Origin: Octopus bimaculoides
Lineage: Eukaryota
Direction: 5' to 3'
Length of the DNA stretch: 64,000 bases
Assembly (NCBI RefSeq): GCF_001194135.2
Contig: NC_068995.1
Location: forward strand, 35,560,476 to 35,624,475
Shown: positions 51,851 to 64,000 of the stretch, piece after piece
How positions within the stretch are numbered: the stretch's first letter is position 1
Layout of the letters: every line of letters begins with the position of its first letter
Made by a program: the position numbers and the translations under genes
The notes under the pieces: model-generated
Seen by the model: the letters and a program-made list of their open reading frames with translations, nothing else
The model's database searches: none
Told to the model about the DNA's origin: nothing

Positions 51851-53004
51851 GATGTGTGGAACATAATAATCTCCCCTGTTTGAAACGTTAAGGACACAGA
51901 ACGCTTGTGTCACATAACCAACTGGAAATGATGTTTCCTGGTGCTAAATAGCAGTAGCATTCTTCCCTTTCTTGGGACTGCCACATTAAGTTGGCAACAA
52001 ACCATCACTTTATATATATATATATATATATATATNNNNNNNNNNNNNNNNNNNNNNNNNNNNNNNNNNNNNNNNNNNNNNNNNNNNNNNNNNNNNNNNN
52101 NNNNNNNNNNNNNNNNATATATACATATATATACATATATATATATGTATATATATTTATATATATATATGTGTATATATTTATATATATATATGTATAT
52201 ATGTATATATATTTATATATATATATATGTATATATGTATATATATTTATATATATATATATGTATGTATATATATATAAACGTATATATGTATGTATGT
52301 ATATATATATAAACGTGTATATGTATGTATGTACACATATCACTGAATGATGTAAAGCTATTCCATACGGATGAGAATTCAGAGTGTAAAGTGACACAAC
52401 TATATGAAGAAGAAGAAGAAGAAGAAGAAGAAGAAGAAGAAGAAGAAGAAGAAGAAGAAGAAGAAGAAGAAGACAACAGCGGTGACGTTGCTGACGCAGA
52501 TTGTTTTTCCTTAGAGTAAAAGATGATTATAAACAGGATATAAAGTCCATGAATATCATGAGTTCTTTATTTTATTTTGATTTATTTGTGTTCATTATTT
52601 ATAGTTTATCTTTGATTGGTGGCAACAGCTTATTGACCTAGCAATTTAATTTCCGGTCAGCCCAAGCGATAATATGAGCTCAACATGCGTCAGAAAAGAA
52701 TCTACAAAATCTACAAACCGTATTCCTGTTCTTTTTTTTTATCAGTTCTTGTATATTTCTTTTCCTTTTTTTGTACTTGTTTTGGTGCAGCATTTTGTAT
52801 GGGAAAAATAGTTCATATCGATATATTTACAAATAGTAACGTTGTTGATATATTTTGAATTTTCTTCAGCAGTTATCTGTTTGTAGTTACGTTTAGTCCG
52901 TAAGACTATAAACATTTAATCTACAATGAATATTATGTTACGTTGCAGCGCCTTGCTCGATGATAAAATGGAAATGAAAATAAAACCAGAATATCTTTTA
53001 TCAT

Positions 53005-53190
53005 ATGTCTTTTATTTGTTTCAGCCATGAGACTGTGAACCTGCTGGGGCACTTCCTTGAAGAATTTTTAGTTGAATGACTCGACCCCAATGCATTTTTT
53101 TACTCCGACTCGCTATACGGGGACGTAAACACATTAACACCGGTTGTCAAGCGGTGATGAGAGACATTTACATAGATATATATGTGTGTT

Positions 53191-53287
<97 letters not shown>

Positions 53288-53448
53288 ACATACACACTAT
53301 GGGCATTTTTTCAGTTTCCGTCCTCCAAATCCGCTCACAAAACTTTGATCGGTTATAGCAGAAGACACTTACCGAAGGTGTCACACAGTGGTACTGAACC
53401 CGGATTCATATGGTTGGGGAGCAGGCCTCTTACTACACAGCCATGCTT
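53005..53448 (-). mobile_element. SINE family B with long internal (TG)n
   Basis: Head, body and tail are all recognisable; microsatellite at 53178-53292. Confidence 0.8.
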
Positions 53449-53504
53449 GGAACATATCTGTTGAAATTATTCTTGTTAAGGGAGAGAAACAACGAAAGCG
53501 ACGA

Positions 53505-53694
53505 ATTCTTAGTCGAATAAATCAACCCAAGTACTTTTTTTTTTTTAAGCCTGATACTTATCCTATCGGTTTTTTTTTGCCGAACCGCTAATGTACAAGG
53601 ATGTAAACAAACCAACAATGGTTGTCAAGCGGTGGTGCTGGTGGACAAAAACAAAGACATTAACACACACAAACACACACACACACACAACACC

Positions 53695-53756
<62 letters not shown>

Positions 53757-53938
53757 CGACGGGCTTCTTTAAGTTTCCGTCTACTATATTCACTCACAAG
53801 ACTTTGCTTGACTTTGCTTGACCCTGGGCCATAATAAAAGGCATCACAAAAGTTGTCACCCAGTGCCATTTATGTGGTTGGGAAGCGTGCATGTGGCTGG
53901 GAACCAAACTTCTTACCACACAGACACACCTGTGCTTA
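53505..53938 (-). mobile_element. SINE family B with internal (CA)n/(GATA)n
   Basis: Adjacent second copy; microsatellite at 53665-53755. Confidence 0.8.
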
Positions 53939-54592
53939 TGCACATTCCCTGTTTTTAATCGGAATTCACGTACGGCTGACTAGCTCCCAATTTCTTATAT
54001 ATTATGCAATGTGCCATGTTTCTCTCCCCGGGTAAACAATGTAACGATCATAATCACTTTATTCAAAAGACATTTAGCGTAAAATTTCATTGTCATAATA
54101 TTTCTTCAATTTCCACTAAGTGTCATAACGCATCGCTTAGACATTCTATTTTTATTGAGAGTTAATTTTGGTGTGACGTAATTCAAATACGGAATGTGTA
54201 GATTTCATATTTCAATTTTGCAGTTAGAAAACAGCACATTAATGCACAAACGAAAGATACGTCAAACGAAAGAAAGGCTAACAATTTCTTCACGTAGCAG
54301 CTGTTCAATGTCGGATTCAAATACATAAGAGCAAGCAGTTTGTATTACGTCTTTGGCTGCACGGAAGATGACAATTTTTTTTTTTTAACCGTTCACTAAG
54401 AACGAGAATTTCTTACGAAAAACGTTTAGGATTACATAAAACAGAATTCTATTGAACAGTGAATTTTAATCTTGCATGAAACTGGATTCCATTCTAACAC
54501 TGTATATAAAATGATGTCGCTAAAAATGTATTCATTGTTGCATAAATTTTCTTTCAAGAATTAGAAATAGAATTATCGAAGAATATGATATA

Positions 54593-54797
54593 TATCAGTT
54601 TGAAATTGTGGCACAAGGCCAGCAATTTTGCAGGAGGATTACATCGACCCTTGTGTTCAAATGGTACTTATTCTATCGACTCTGAAACGATGGGAGGCAA
54701 ATTGGACCACGGTGGCATTTGGACTCAGAATGTAAGGACGGACGAAATGCCGCTAAGCCTTTTGACCGATGCACTAACGATTATACTAGCTCGCCGC
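54593..54797 (-). mobile_element. SINE family A
   Basis: Reverse complement of the family head, core and tail. Confidence 0.8.
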
Positions 54798-55469
54798 ATT
54801 AGGAATATTATATAGATTATTAATTCTCTGAAAGAAGGACTTTGCATGCTAAATCTGTAGCCTCTCTCTAATGTAACATATTTTACAAGTGCGAGTTTCA
54901 ACTGTATTACATGAAGACGCGTGACTTAGTAGTTAAGGATGTGGATCGATTCTTGGACAGGATGATATGCTATTTTCTCGAGTTTAGTTTGCAGAAAATC
55001 TGTACTTGCGGTCATTGCTGTTAATTCTATGATGAATTGATATCCCGTTCAAGTGGGTGTCTTATACTCTGAATTGCTTAAACTGGAATAAGCTCCGATC
55101 GTAATGACATTGTAGCTCTTGAAAAAGATTTTATAAACTACGTTATAGACTTACATTTCTACCTGCAGCTAAATATTACTTTAAAATTATTTTATGGTTA
55201 TAGGGAAGTGAATAATGGTTAACGTTGTTTTACAGAAAACTAAATAATTTATATGATCTACAATTGTCTTAATTTTTCACTCAACCACACATATACAAAG
55301 ATTGAACTCATCTCCACTATGTACTGCTCCACTTAATATTTAATCATCGCATGCTTTCGCTATACCGTTGTCCAGCAAGCTAATTAGATTATAGAAATAA
55401 GGTTTTAAACCGTTTTATGTTTTCGATGAAAGTTCTCTAATATCAGAAAATTGCAGATCACCGCTAAGC

Positions 55470-55800
55470 ATCAATCTTGATGGCCCAATGAGCTGCAGTA
55501 TAGTGACGATTGTGTTCTGGTAACTCACACTCCGAAACAAATTCATGAAGCCATCATTTCAACTGCTGATCAACTGCTAGTTGTATCTGAGTCGCTCTTT
55601 ACGTCTTCGACGTCTGATGACTGCCTATTGACTTCTGTTATTTTCCATCTAGTTCGTTCCATTGACGATGGCATGCCGCCCCTTTGAGCGGTCCTTGTGG
55701 CCTTGAGCTGATCTCAAAAACTGAATTTTAGGGCTCCTGATACACTTCCAGAAGGTGGATGTCATCTGTCATTGACACATGATAGAAGTCTCTCTCTTCC
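55470..55800. mobile_element. Decayed RTE-type LINE fragments
   Basis: Plus strand ELQYSDDCVLVTHTP (YADD-like) at ~55487-55535. Minus strand LKFSF*DQLKAT...ERTRWK weakly resembles an RTE C-terminus. Confidence 0.45.
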
Positions 55801-58499
55801 ACTTTCTCAGTAAAATCTTTAACAATTGATCACAATCTCTCGGGATTCTAACTTCCAACGACTTCGCATTCACTGAGGAAATCTTAAAAATAAGGTTTCT
55901 GTACTTTTGAAAAATTCAAAAAGGATATATGCAAACAACAATATCAGCTATTTTACGAAGATCTTCATTTATCTGGCAGTCTTTGATTCCAACTTCTAGT
56001 ATGAACGCGAAGGATGGACCACATTTTTGCCTTTAATATCCAATCCGTCTAGATCTTCTCAGTTTTCTGGAGAATCAATTCCATGCACAGAAATGATTTG
56101 CCAAATTCTACCAACAGAACTGAATCAAAATTACGCGGATACTAACACCGATTGATTGAATATGTGTTCGCATGTGCGACTCGCCTCTTCTCTGCAAGTA
56201 AGCAATGTAATGGTTAGCGTCTGTCTGGAGGACAAAAAGACGTGGTTCAAAGTTCAAATGAGCATCATATAGAATTGTATCTACGTCGAAATTCCAGTGT
56301 AAGTAATCCTTGCTCTGCGGACGGAAAGACAGTGAAGATATGGGGGAACGCACTCAACACCACCTGGAAAGAAGCATAAGCACAAAGCTACAACTGCCGT
56401 TCCCTTATCTACAACTAAACATTAACAACTTAGACTGCACGACTAAGATAGGTATGTACAATTACTAAAAAATATCCATAAATGTTCACAGTCAATCGAC
56501 GAAGTTCCTTGAAAGGAAAATGTGATCAAAGGCATATATATATATATATATATATANNNNNNNNNNNNNNNNNNNNNNNNNNNNNNNNNNNNNNNNNNNN
56601 NNNNNNNNNNNNNNNNNNNNNNNNNNNNNNNNNNNNNNNNNNNNNNNNNNNNNNNNNNNNNNNNNNNNNNNNNNNNNNNNNNNNNNNNNNNNNNNNNNNN
56701 NNNNNNNNNNNNNNNNNNNNNNNNNNNNNNNNNNNNNNNNNNNNNNNNNNNNNNNNNNNNNNNNNNNNNNNNNNNNNNNNNNNNNNNNNNNNNNNNNNNN
56801 NNNNNNNNNNNNNNNNNNNNNNNNNNNNNNNNNNNNNNNNNNNNNNNNNNNNNNNNNNNNNNNNNNNNNNNNNNNNNNNNNNNNNNNNNNNNNNNNNNNN
56901 NNNNNNNNNNNNNNNNNNNNNNNNNNNNNNNNNNNNNNNNNNNNNNNNNNNNNNNNNNNNNNNNNNNNNNNNNNNNNNNNNNNNNNNNNNNNNNNNNNNN
57001 NNNNNNNNNNNNNNNNNNNNNNNNNNNNNNNNNNNNNNNNNNNNNNNNNNNNNNNNNNNNNNNNNNNNNNNNNNNNNNNNNNNNNNNNNNNNNNNNNNNN
57101 NNNNNNNNNNNNNNNNNNNNNNNNNNNNNNNNNNNNNNNNNNNNNNNNNNNNCTAAGAATTTCGCCTGGTGCGCTAACGTTTCGCCAGAACGTCGCCTTG
57201 TGTAAAATTGATATTAAACTTGATTATATCCGGTGTTTGAAACGAAATATAAACATTCGTGAAAATGAAACACTTATCAACAAAGAGTTAATCTTTTCAT
57301 GCTTTTCAGTTTGTTTGTTTTTTTCTTTTCTTTTCAAACTCTGATTGGTAGAAGAAACGTAATAGAAAATTCAAAAGGACGGTATCAAAACCTATTTTCA
57401 TTCAAAAGGAATTTCACACTTTGATTCAAGAATGTTTTAAGATGTTCCATATAGCAAACCCAATGTAGTCAGACGAACTTTTCCAAAGTATAATTTACTT
57501 TGTTTACTATCAAGTATATTAGTGGTGTAACGCTTTTTAACGTAAATATGAACTGGGTAGCAATTCTTATTGACTTCGCAGCTCCGCATAATTATAACTT
57601 TAAAATTTTTAATCTAATTCGAGACGGCTGCAGAAATTTTGAGTATTAAATATACAGTTAGTGAAAGATGTATAATTAGGAGGCTTTTGGCTACTGTGAT
57701 CAAATTAGAATTACAAATTGTTCTTAAGTTGCTTTAAGCTTTCCGTCATAGGAAATTGATAAAATAGAGGTCATATGGATATAATTAAACGTGTGGAATA
57801 GGGTGAACGGACATTAAATAATAATAAAATATGTACATAAAATTTCTATGCGTAATCACTGGTGAACACGAATTTTGGACGTACTCATGAAAATATTTTG
57901 AACGATAATTCCAAAAATTGCTTCAGTTTTTTCCTTCTCACTTCAATTCAATTAATGAACTAATAAGAAAAAAATCCTAATGCTATTACTATGTTGCATA
58001 TTCTTAAAACAATTACGATGTAACAAAATGTTTACATTTTTTTCTTTTGTCTTTGATCAGTAAATGTTATTTCCTACTTGTTTCAACCTAGAAATCAAAG
58101 AAAATTACTACTATTCCCTGCTAACTTTGCTTTTGTTACCTGGACATCAATGTTTTGAAACTGACCTATTTTCTATTACATTTCGTTACAGATTCAGTGT
58201 TGAGTTGCTGAAGCAGAAATATCGTTATACCACAGATTAGTTTGTCAATTGGTTGACCATAATCACTTGAGCATGTCCCTTAGTGGATGATAATGTTTGA
58301 AACTATGATCATGAGCAGGAATAATGAGGGAGAGAGATTTTGGGGGGTTCAAATAAACTAACAAAAGTCAAGTTTGAAGAAAATATTAGCCATTTTTCAT
58401 ACTTTCAATGGGTAAGTATGAAATAACACTTGTCACTCAAGGACAAAAATCGAGTTATATATTACACAGTGTTATATATTAATAAATTTCTTTTTTCAG

Positions 58500-59105
58500 C
58501 AGGCATGGCTATGTGGTGAGAAGTTTGCTCCCAGATGAAAGATTGTGTCTTCCAACAAGACTCTGCACTGTCTCATAAGGCTAGGACAACCCAAGCATGG
58601 TTGTGTACCAATCTCCATACTCTTGTTCTCTCAGACACATGGTCTCCTAGCTCACGAGATCTCAATTATGTATGGCATATAGTTGAAGGAGAGGTCAATC
58701 AACTTCTCCATAATACCATATAATTTCCCAAATTCACCATAACCAACACTCCAAGATCAGTCCTACTGTGTAGCATCTTGAGCGAGTTTCTTCTACCTAT
58801 AGTTTCGAGCCTACCAAAACCTTGTGAGTGGATTTGTTAGAAAGAAACTGAACGATGCCTAATGTAATAGGTATGTGTTTGTGTTTCTCCTCCTCCAGTA
58901 CTTGACAACCGGTATTGGTGTGTTTCCATCCACGTAACGTAGCGGTTCGATGAAATCGACCGATAGAATGGGTACCAGGTTAAAAAAAAAAGAAAGAATA
59001 AATAGTGGGGTCGATTCGTTTGACAAAAATGCTTCCAGGCGGTGCCCCAACATGGCCGCAGTCTAATGCCTGAAACACGCAAAAGAAATGATAAGACAAA
59101 AGATA
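58500..59105 (+). mobile_element. SINE family B interrupted in its head by a transposase fragment
   Basis: Head GCATGGCTATGTGGTGAGAAGTTTGCT stops at ~58533 and resumes at ~58742 (CCAAC...CAGTCCTACTGTGTAGCATCTTGAGC); tail runs to ~59105. Confidence 0.7.
58535..58730 (+). mobile_element. Tc1/mariner-superfamily catalytic-domain fragment, DD37D (maT)-like
   Basis: CVFQQDSALSHKARTTQAWL...WSPSSRDLNYVWHIVEGEVNQLLHNT resembles the FQQDxAPxH...WPPxSPDLNPLDYYVW pattern. Confidence 0.65.
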
Positions 59106-59203
59106 AAAGCTCACAGTGCGTCGAATTAGAATCTATATTCATCACAACTCAAAAAACATATAAAACATGACCAGTTATTGAGTTCATATGAATATTCTTC
59201 TAT

Positions 59204-59367
59204 AGGTACAGGCGTGGCTGTGTGGTAAGAAGCTTGTTTCCCAACCACATGGTTCCTGGTTCAGTCCCACTGCATGGCACCTTGGGTAAGTGTCTTCTAC
59301 TATAGCCTCGGGCTGACTAAAGCCTTGTGAGTGGATTTGGTAGGCGGAAACTGAAAGAAGCTTTTCC

Positions 59368-59436
<69 letters not shown>

Positions 59437-59648
59437 TTGTGTGTCTGTGCTTGTCCCCCCACTGTCGCTTGATAACTGATGGTGGTGCGTTTACGTCCCC
59501 GTGACTTAGCGGTTCGGCAAAAGACACCGATAGAATAAATACTAGGCTTATAAAGAATAAGTCCTGGGGTCGATTTGTTCGACTAAAGGCAGTGTTCCAG
59601 CATGGCCGCAGTCAAATGATTGAAACAAATAAAAGAATGAAAGAATAT
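59204..59648 (+). mobile_element. SINE family B, best-preserved full copy
   Basis: TGGCTGTGTGG A-box-like and GGTTCAGTCCC B-box-like motifs, body, (TG)n at 59370-59432 and tail ending AAATAAAAGAATGAAAGAA. Confidence 0.9.
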
Positions 59649-61637
59649 AGGACTGTCATGATTGCGATTTACCTGGACAGGCTGGCAGAAGTTCCAATTT
59701 ATCATCATGTGTTCATCTCACCTTTCATTGCTTTTTTTTTTAATCTCTCATCTTCCACTTCGTTTAGATTTCCCTTCTTTTTGGAAATCGAACTAAGTGA
59801 CTGTGGACATAATGGTTTTTCATGTGCTACAACCAAAATCATTAAAATAAGAGAGCATGCCCACTACTAATTCAGAGTACGTCTCTCTTATGGTTGCAAC
59901 TAGAACAAACGAACACCATGCACCGGGCTCAGTGTTGTTAACTGAATCTATGCAATGTGTTTTTTAATATAAGAGAGAGATCATCAAAAATCCATTGTTT
60001 AAGGGTGTTTTTGCATAATTTACTGCATAATTACTCTAAACAGAAACCCTCTCTGTTCATAGTCTTTACAATTTATTTCACTTGATAAGAAATGGTTTCT
60101 TATGGAGAATTTATTTTGTGTCAACCAATATTCATTGCTGACGCATTTTTTGTTGCTTTTTTTTTTTTTTGCAACAATCATATTTTGTCAAAAGCTGTTT
60201 TCTTCTTATCCAGGGGTCATATTTGATTCTGTTGTTTCAAAGACAAAAAGTATGGATAGTTTGTGAAAGTAATTTTACTGCCAATGAGAAGGTTCACTGT
60301 CTTTACTTCGACACGTTGATGATATGAATACGTCACTTTTCCATAGACTAGAGGGATTGTCTCTCACTCTTCTTTCATATTGAAAGAATAACCAAATGAA
60401 ATTGAACCAATTTTATTGCTATCGTATGAAAAGAATGCATTTCAAATTCTTCTTGGAACTGTCAACGAATAACCAGCATTAGTTTGCCATGTATTCTGCA
60501 ATAATAAGGCATAATGTTCGATCTACAATAGAGTAAATTCTTAGAAGTTTCTTTCAATTCAAGCTAGTTAAAACATGAGCAATTGATGAAGCTCCTCAAC
60601 AATCACCGTCACATTATACATTGATGTTAGGTCCCATGTTATCAGACATAACTTATTCAACATCATCATCAGACTTAACCGATTCTTCAAACAACACTGA
60701 CATATCATCATCGGACCGGTTCATCAAACAACACTGCCATGTCATCACTGGACTGATTCAGCATCACCTGACGTCACTGATTCAGCATCATTGTTTTGGA
60801 ACATTGGCAGGTGGCTGAGAGATAGAGTGAAAACTTCATGTTGAATGTTAAACACGACTCCTTGTTTATTTTAGGTAGAATATGACTAGTAACTTCAAAC
60901 AAGTGTAAATAACTACTTTAAATATACATTTTAATTGCTTCCAAGCAAATTTCTTTAAGAAAAACGATATATTCTAATAAAATCACATGATAGCCAAAAT
61001 GATTTGAAATTCATATTCTACTAAGCTCCAGTATTTTTTCGTTAGCGCAAAAGGGTGAATGACAATTCTTTTTCCAAGTATCTAAAATTCTTTGATTTAG
61101 CCCAAGGTAAGAGCAAATCTTGAAATGTTTTAGAACAACAATTGACAAAACGGAATTGTAAATAGCATTCGATTGCCGTGTTTATCCCTTCTGACATTAG
61201 ATCTCAGTCACACTGTTGATGCAGAGTAATATATACGAAACTGCGCCAATATTCCATGAAACAATATAGTTTATGTTCAACTCTAAGAATAAGAATTTAA
61301 ATAAAGTACAATGAATACATCTGTCTGGTTCAACAAATATTAGATAGGTGTAGAGGTAATCGTTAAATTTACATCAAACTGACAATGACGCTACGCTATT
61401 GATATTGTTCATGCATTATAATAGAATACAATGAAAATACCACAAGAATACAGCAAAGGAAATTGAATAGAAAATAATGGAAATAGACTATTTATATCTA
61501 GATAACATTTGAAATAAATAAACGAAAGAGGTGAATGTTTACGCTTGACAAAATATTATTACGTGCATAAATAAAATAATTGTTGGAGATTAAATTTAAT
61601 ATTAACGGCTTACACTGATATGTGTGCGTGCGTGCGT

Positions 61638-61677
<40 letters not shown>

Positions 61678-61870
61678 GCTAATGAATAACAAAAAAAACA
61701 TGAGTTACGAAATCACTTTCATTAGCTTACTGCTGTTTCTACTATGGTAAGCATTACACTCAGAACAGAGTGGTCGCGCGACATCTTATAGCTTGTTCGC
61801 AGGTATTTAAATATTTAAAAGAAATGAAGTGTATGTTTACTGTGCCGAGCATTTAAATACATGTATTTCT

Positions 61871-61946
<76 letters not shown>

Positions 61947-62003
61947 TAAGTGTGTGTCTCTGGGTGGGCGTGGGTGTGGGAGGATGAGTGTGTGCGTGCG
62001 TGC

Positions 62004-62038
<35 letters not shown>

Positions 62039-62039
<1 letters not shown>

Positions 62040-62140
62040 CATTATTCAGTTTTCTTTCAAGATTTCTTGTCAACAGAGAAGGAGCCGGTTTCTAACCTAG
62101 ATCCAAGGCTTCATCACTGGAATTTCAACATCAACAGAGT
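62039..62140 (-). mobile_element. 3' UTR-only fragment of the 12590-14200 R4-type subfamily
   Basis: Reverse complement aligns to 14100-14200 (GTTGATGTTGAAAT...TCTAGGTTAGAAACCGG...TTGACAAGAA.TCTTGAAA...CTGAATAATGAC) and runs into (CA)n. Confidence 0.85.
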
Positions 62141-62149
62141 ATTTCCGTA

Positions 62150-62660
62150 CTCTTCGGGGTCGATAAAATAAGTACCAGTTAAGCATTGACGTCAATGTAA
62201 TCGGCTTATATCCACCCCCGAAATTGCTGATCTTCTGCCAAAATTTGAAATCAATATTTCTTACAACTAGGGCGGCGAGCTGACAGAATCATCAGCACGC
62301 TGGGCATAATGCTTAGCGGTATTTCGTCTGTTTTTACGTTCTGAGGTCGTTTTTACGTTCTACCGAGGTCGACTTTATCTTCCATATTTTCAGGATCGAT
62401 AAAATAAGTACCAGTTAAGGACTGGGGTCGATGTAATCAAGTTACCCCTCCCCCTGAACTTGCTGGCCTTGTGCCAAAATTTGAAAGCAATATTTCTTGC
62501 AGTTGTTTACGCCATGAGTTCAGATCTCACGGAGGTTCAACTTTGTATCTCATCCTTTCAGAACTGATAAAAGAAAGTAACATTCACGTAATTTGATCGA
62601 TGTAAATCACTGTTTCCTTCTTCAACAAAATATGTCAGACTTGTACTTAAATTAGAATAC
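62150..62660 (+). mobile_element. Cluster of family A SINEs (3' half 62150-62257, full copy 62269-62495, decayed copy ~62510-62660)
   Basis: The family core is repeated three times in tandem. Confidence 0.8.
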
Positions 62661-63002
62661 AGTTATTTCACCCAAAGTCCTTCTCGTAACCCTCTCAGGC
62701 CTTTCAAGTTTCCAAAACTAAATATGGTTAAGTGAAATGTATGTAGGTCGGTGTCTTTTGTAAAAAAAATCTAGTCGAATAGAAAAACCTAAAAGACTGC
62801 AGCTCTAATGGAAAGGATTTTTCAACAATAATCTTCTTCGGATTTGGTGAGTTGAACATAGAAAAGATGGTGAAAGGTAAAGGAACTGGTACGTAGCTTA
62901 CTCGTTCAGGAACTGTTTTAAAATAAACTGTTAGAAGGGACATGATAACGTTATTGCAGAACACAAGTTAAAGTTAGCTGGTCACTCGAATAATCTGTTT
63001 CT

Positions 63003-63203
63003 GATTTTGACATAAGGTGAGCAATGCTTGACGAAACGGATCTATTCGATACCATCAATCCAAGTATATCACCGGTCATTTATTTTATTGGTCTCGAGGT
63101 GGAAAATTTAACTTCCACAGGATTTGAACTCAGAACATAAAAAGGCTTGAATATATATCACAAAGCACGTTTCCCCAGCACTCTAACAATTCTACCAGCT
63201 CAC
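63003..63203 (-). mobile_element. SINE family A, decayed
   Basis: GATTTGAACTCAGAAC...CTAACAATTCTACCAGCTCACC, the reverse complement of the head. Confidence 0.7.
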
Positions 63204-63649
63204 CATCATCAGACAAACAATATATATGTTACAGCTGAAAGAGTAATTATTAGAAGTTTTCCTACACCTTCCTTTTCACAGATTTTGGAAAGTCACTTAT
63301 TACGGTTACTGGACCTTGGACCCACGTTCATCTTTTGGAAATCTAAATTCTCCACATTTTATTCTAACTCCTATTTCCCCAAAAGATTATTGTCGTTAAA
63401 TTATTCAAGAAAAATCAGACATATGCAGCATTCATTTTCATACATATAGCGATAACATGTAAAAAGTAGGATTGTAAAATATACAGGAGTTGAACAACGC
63501 AACAATATTTATTTATATTCAAATTGTATGCATATAATTCTCTGCTTGAATTTTGTGAGCATGACAGATAAACACACAAACTTACAGAGTTACATATGTG
63601 TGATATTCTGTACATTTGATAAGCTTTAGAAAAAGTTATATAAGGACAA

Positions 63650-63904
63650 ATATACTCATATACATAAACGTGCATACATATATATATATACATACATATA
63701 ATATATATACATACATGTATAAATATATACATACACATATACATATATATATATAGAGAGATAGATAGATAGATAGATACATACATACATACATACATAA
63801 ATACATACATACATAAATATACATATGTATAGATATGCAGATACATATATATAGATATGCAGATACATATACATATACATATATATATATATATATACGC
63901 ATAC

Positions 63905-63938
<34 letters not shown>

Positions 63939-64000
63939 ATACATATACATATATATGTACATACATATACATATATATATACATATATATACATATATAC
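63650..64000. repeat. (TA)/(CA)/(GATA)/(CATA) compound microsatellite
   Basis: Seen directly in the sequence. Confidence 0.95.

Noticed and set aside
55470-55800. Twin-priming inversion of an RTE element
   Set aside because: The two fragments converge 3' to 3', the wrong geometry for twin priming, and the minus-strand similarity is weak.
56225-56312. Possible fourth copy of the CATA-associated R4 3' UTR
   Set aside because: Only two short motifs match and their order is permuted.

Overview
AT-rich, repeat-dense animal genomic DNA from a gapped draft assembly, with 11 N-runs that are mostly flanked by microsatellites. The tRNA-derived SINE families, R4/Dong LINEs, Tc1/mariner elements and abundant microsatellites suggest an octopus (cephalopod) genome; this is inference, not verified. 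I cannot support any host protein-coding exon, so the window looks intronic or intergenic. All recognisable coding sequence is decayed transposon: R4/Dong-type LINE fragments, RTE fragments, Tc1 (DD34E, plus one copy with DD38E spacing), mariner DD34D and a DD37D-like fragment. There are about 30 SINE copies from three families and several foldback/MITE-like palindromes. The most unusual object is at 36955-37339. It joins a tRNA-like Pol III head, an (AAT)n spacer and a minimal hammerhead ribozyme of the Penelope type, is bracketed by ~90-bp inverted arms, and is flanked by a 12-bp target-site duplication. It is a candidate SINE/retrozyme hybrid mobilised by Penelope-like elements. Second, the R4-type LINEs split into an (AAT)n-associated group and a (CATA)n/(CA)n-associated group. 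Coordinates were read by eye; the ends of decayed repeats are approximate.
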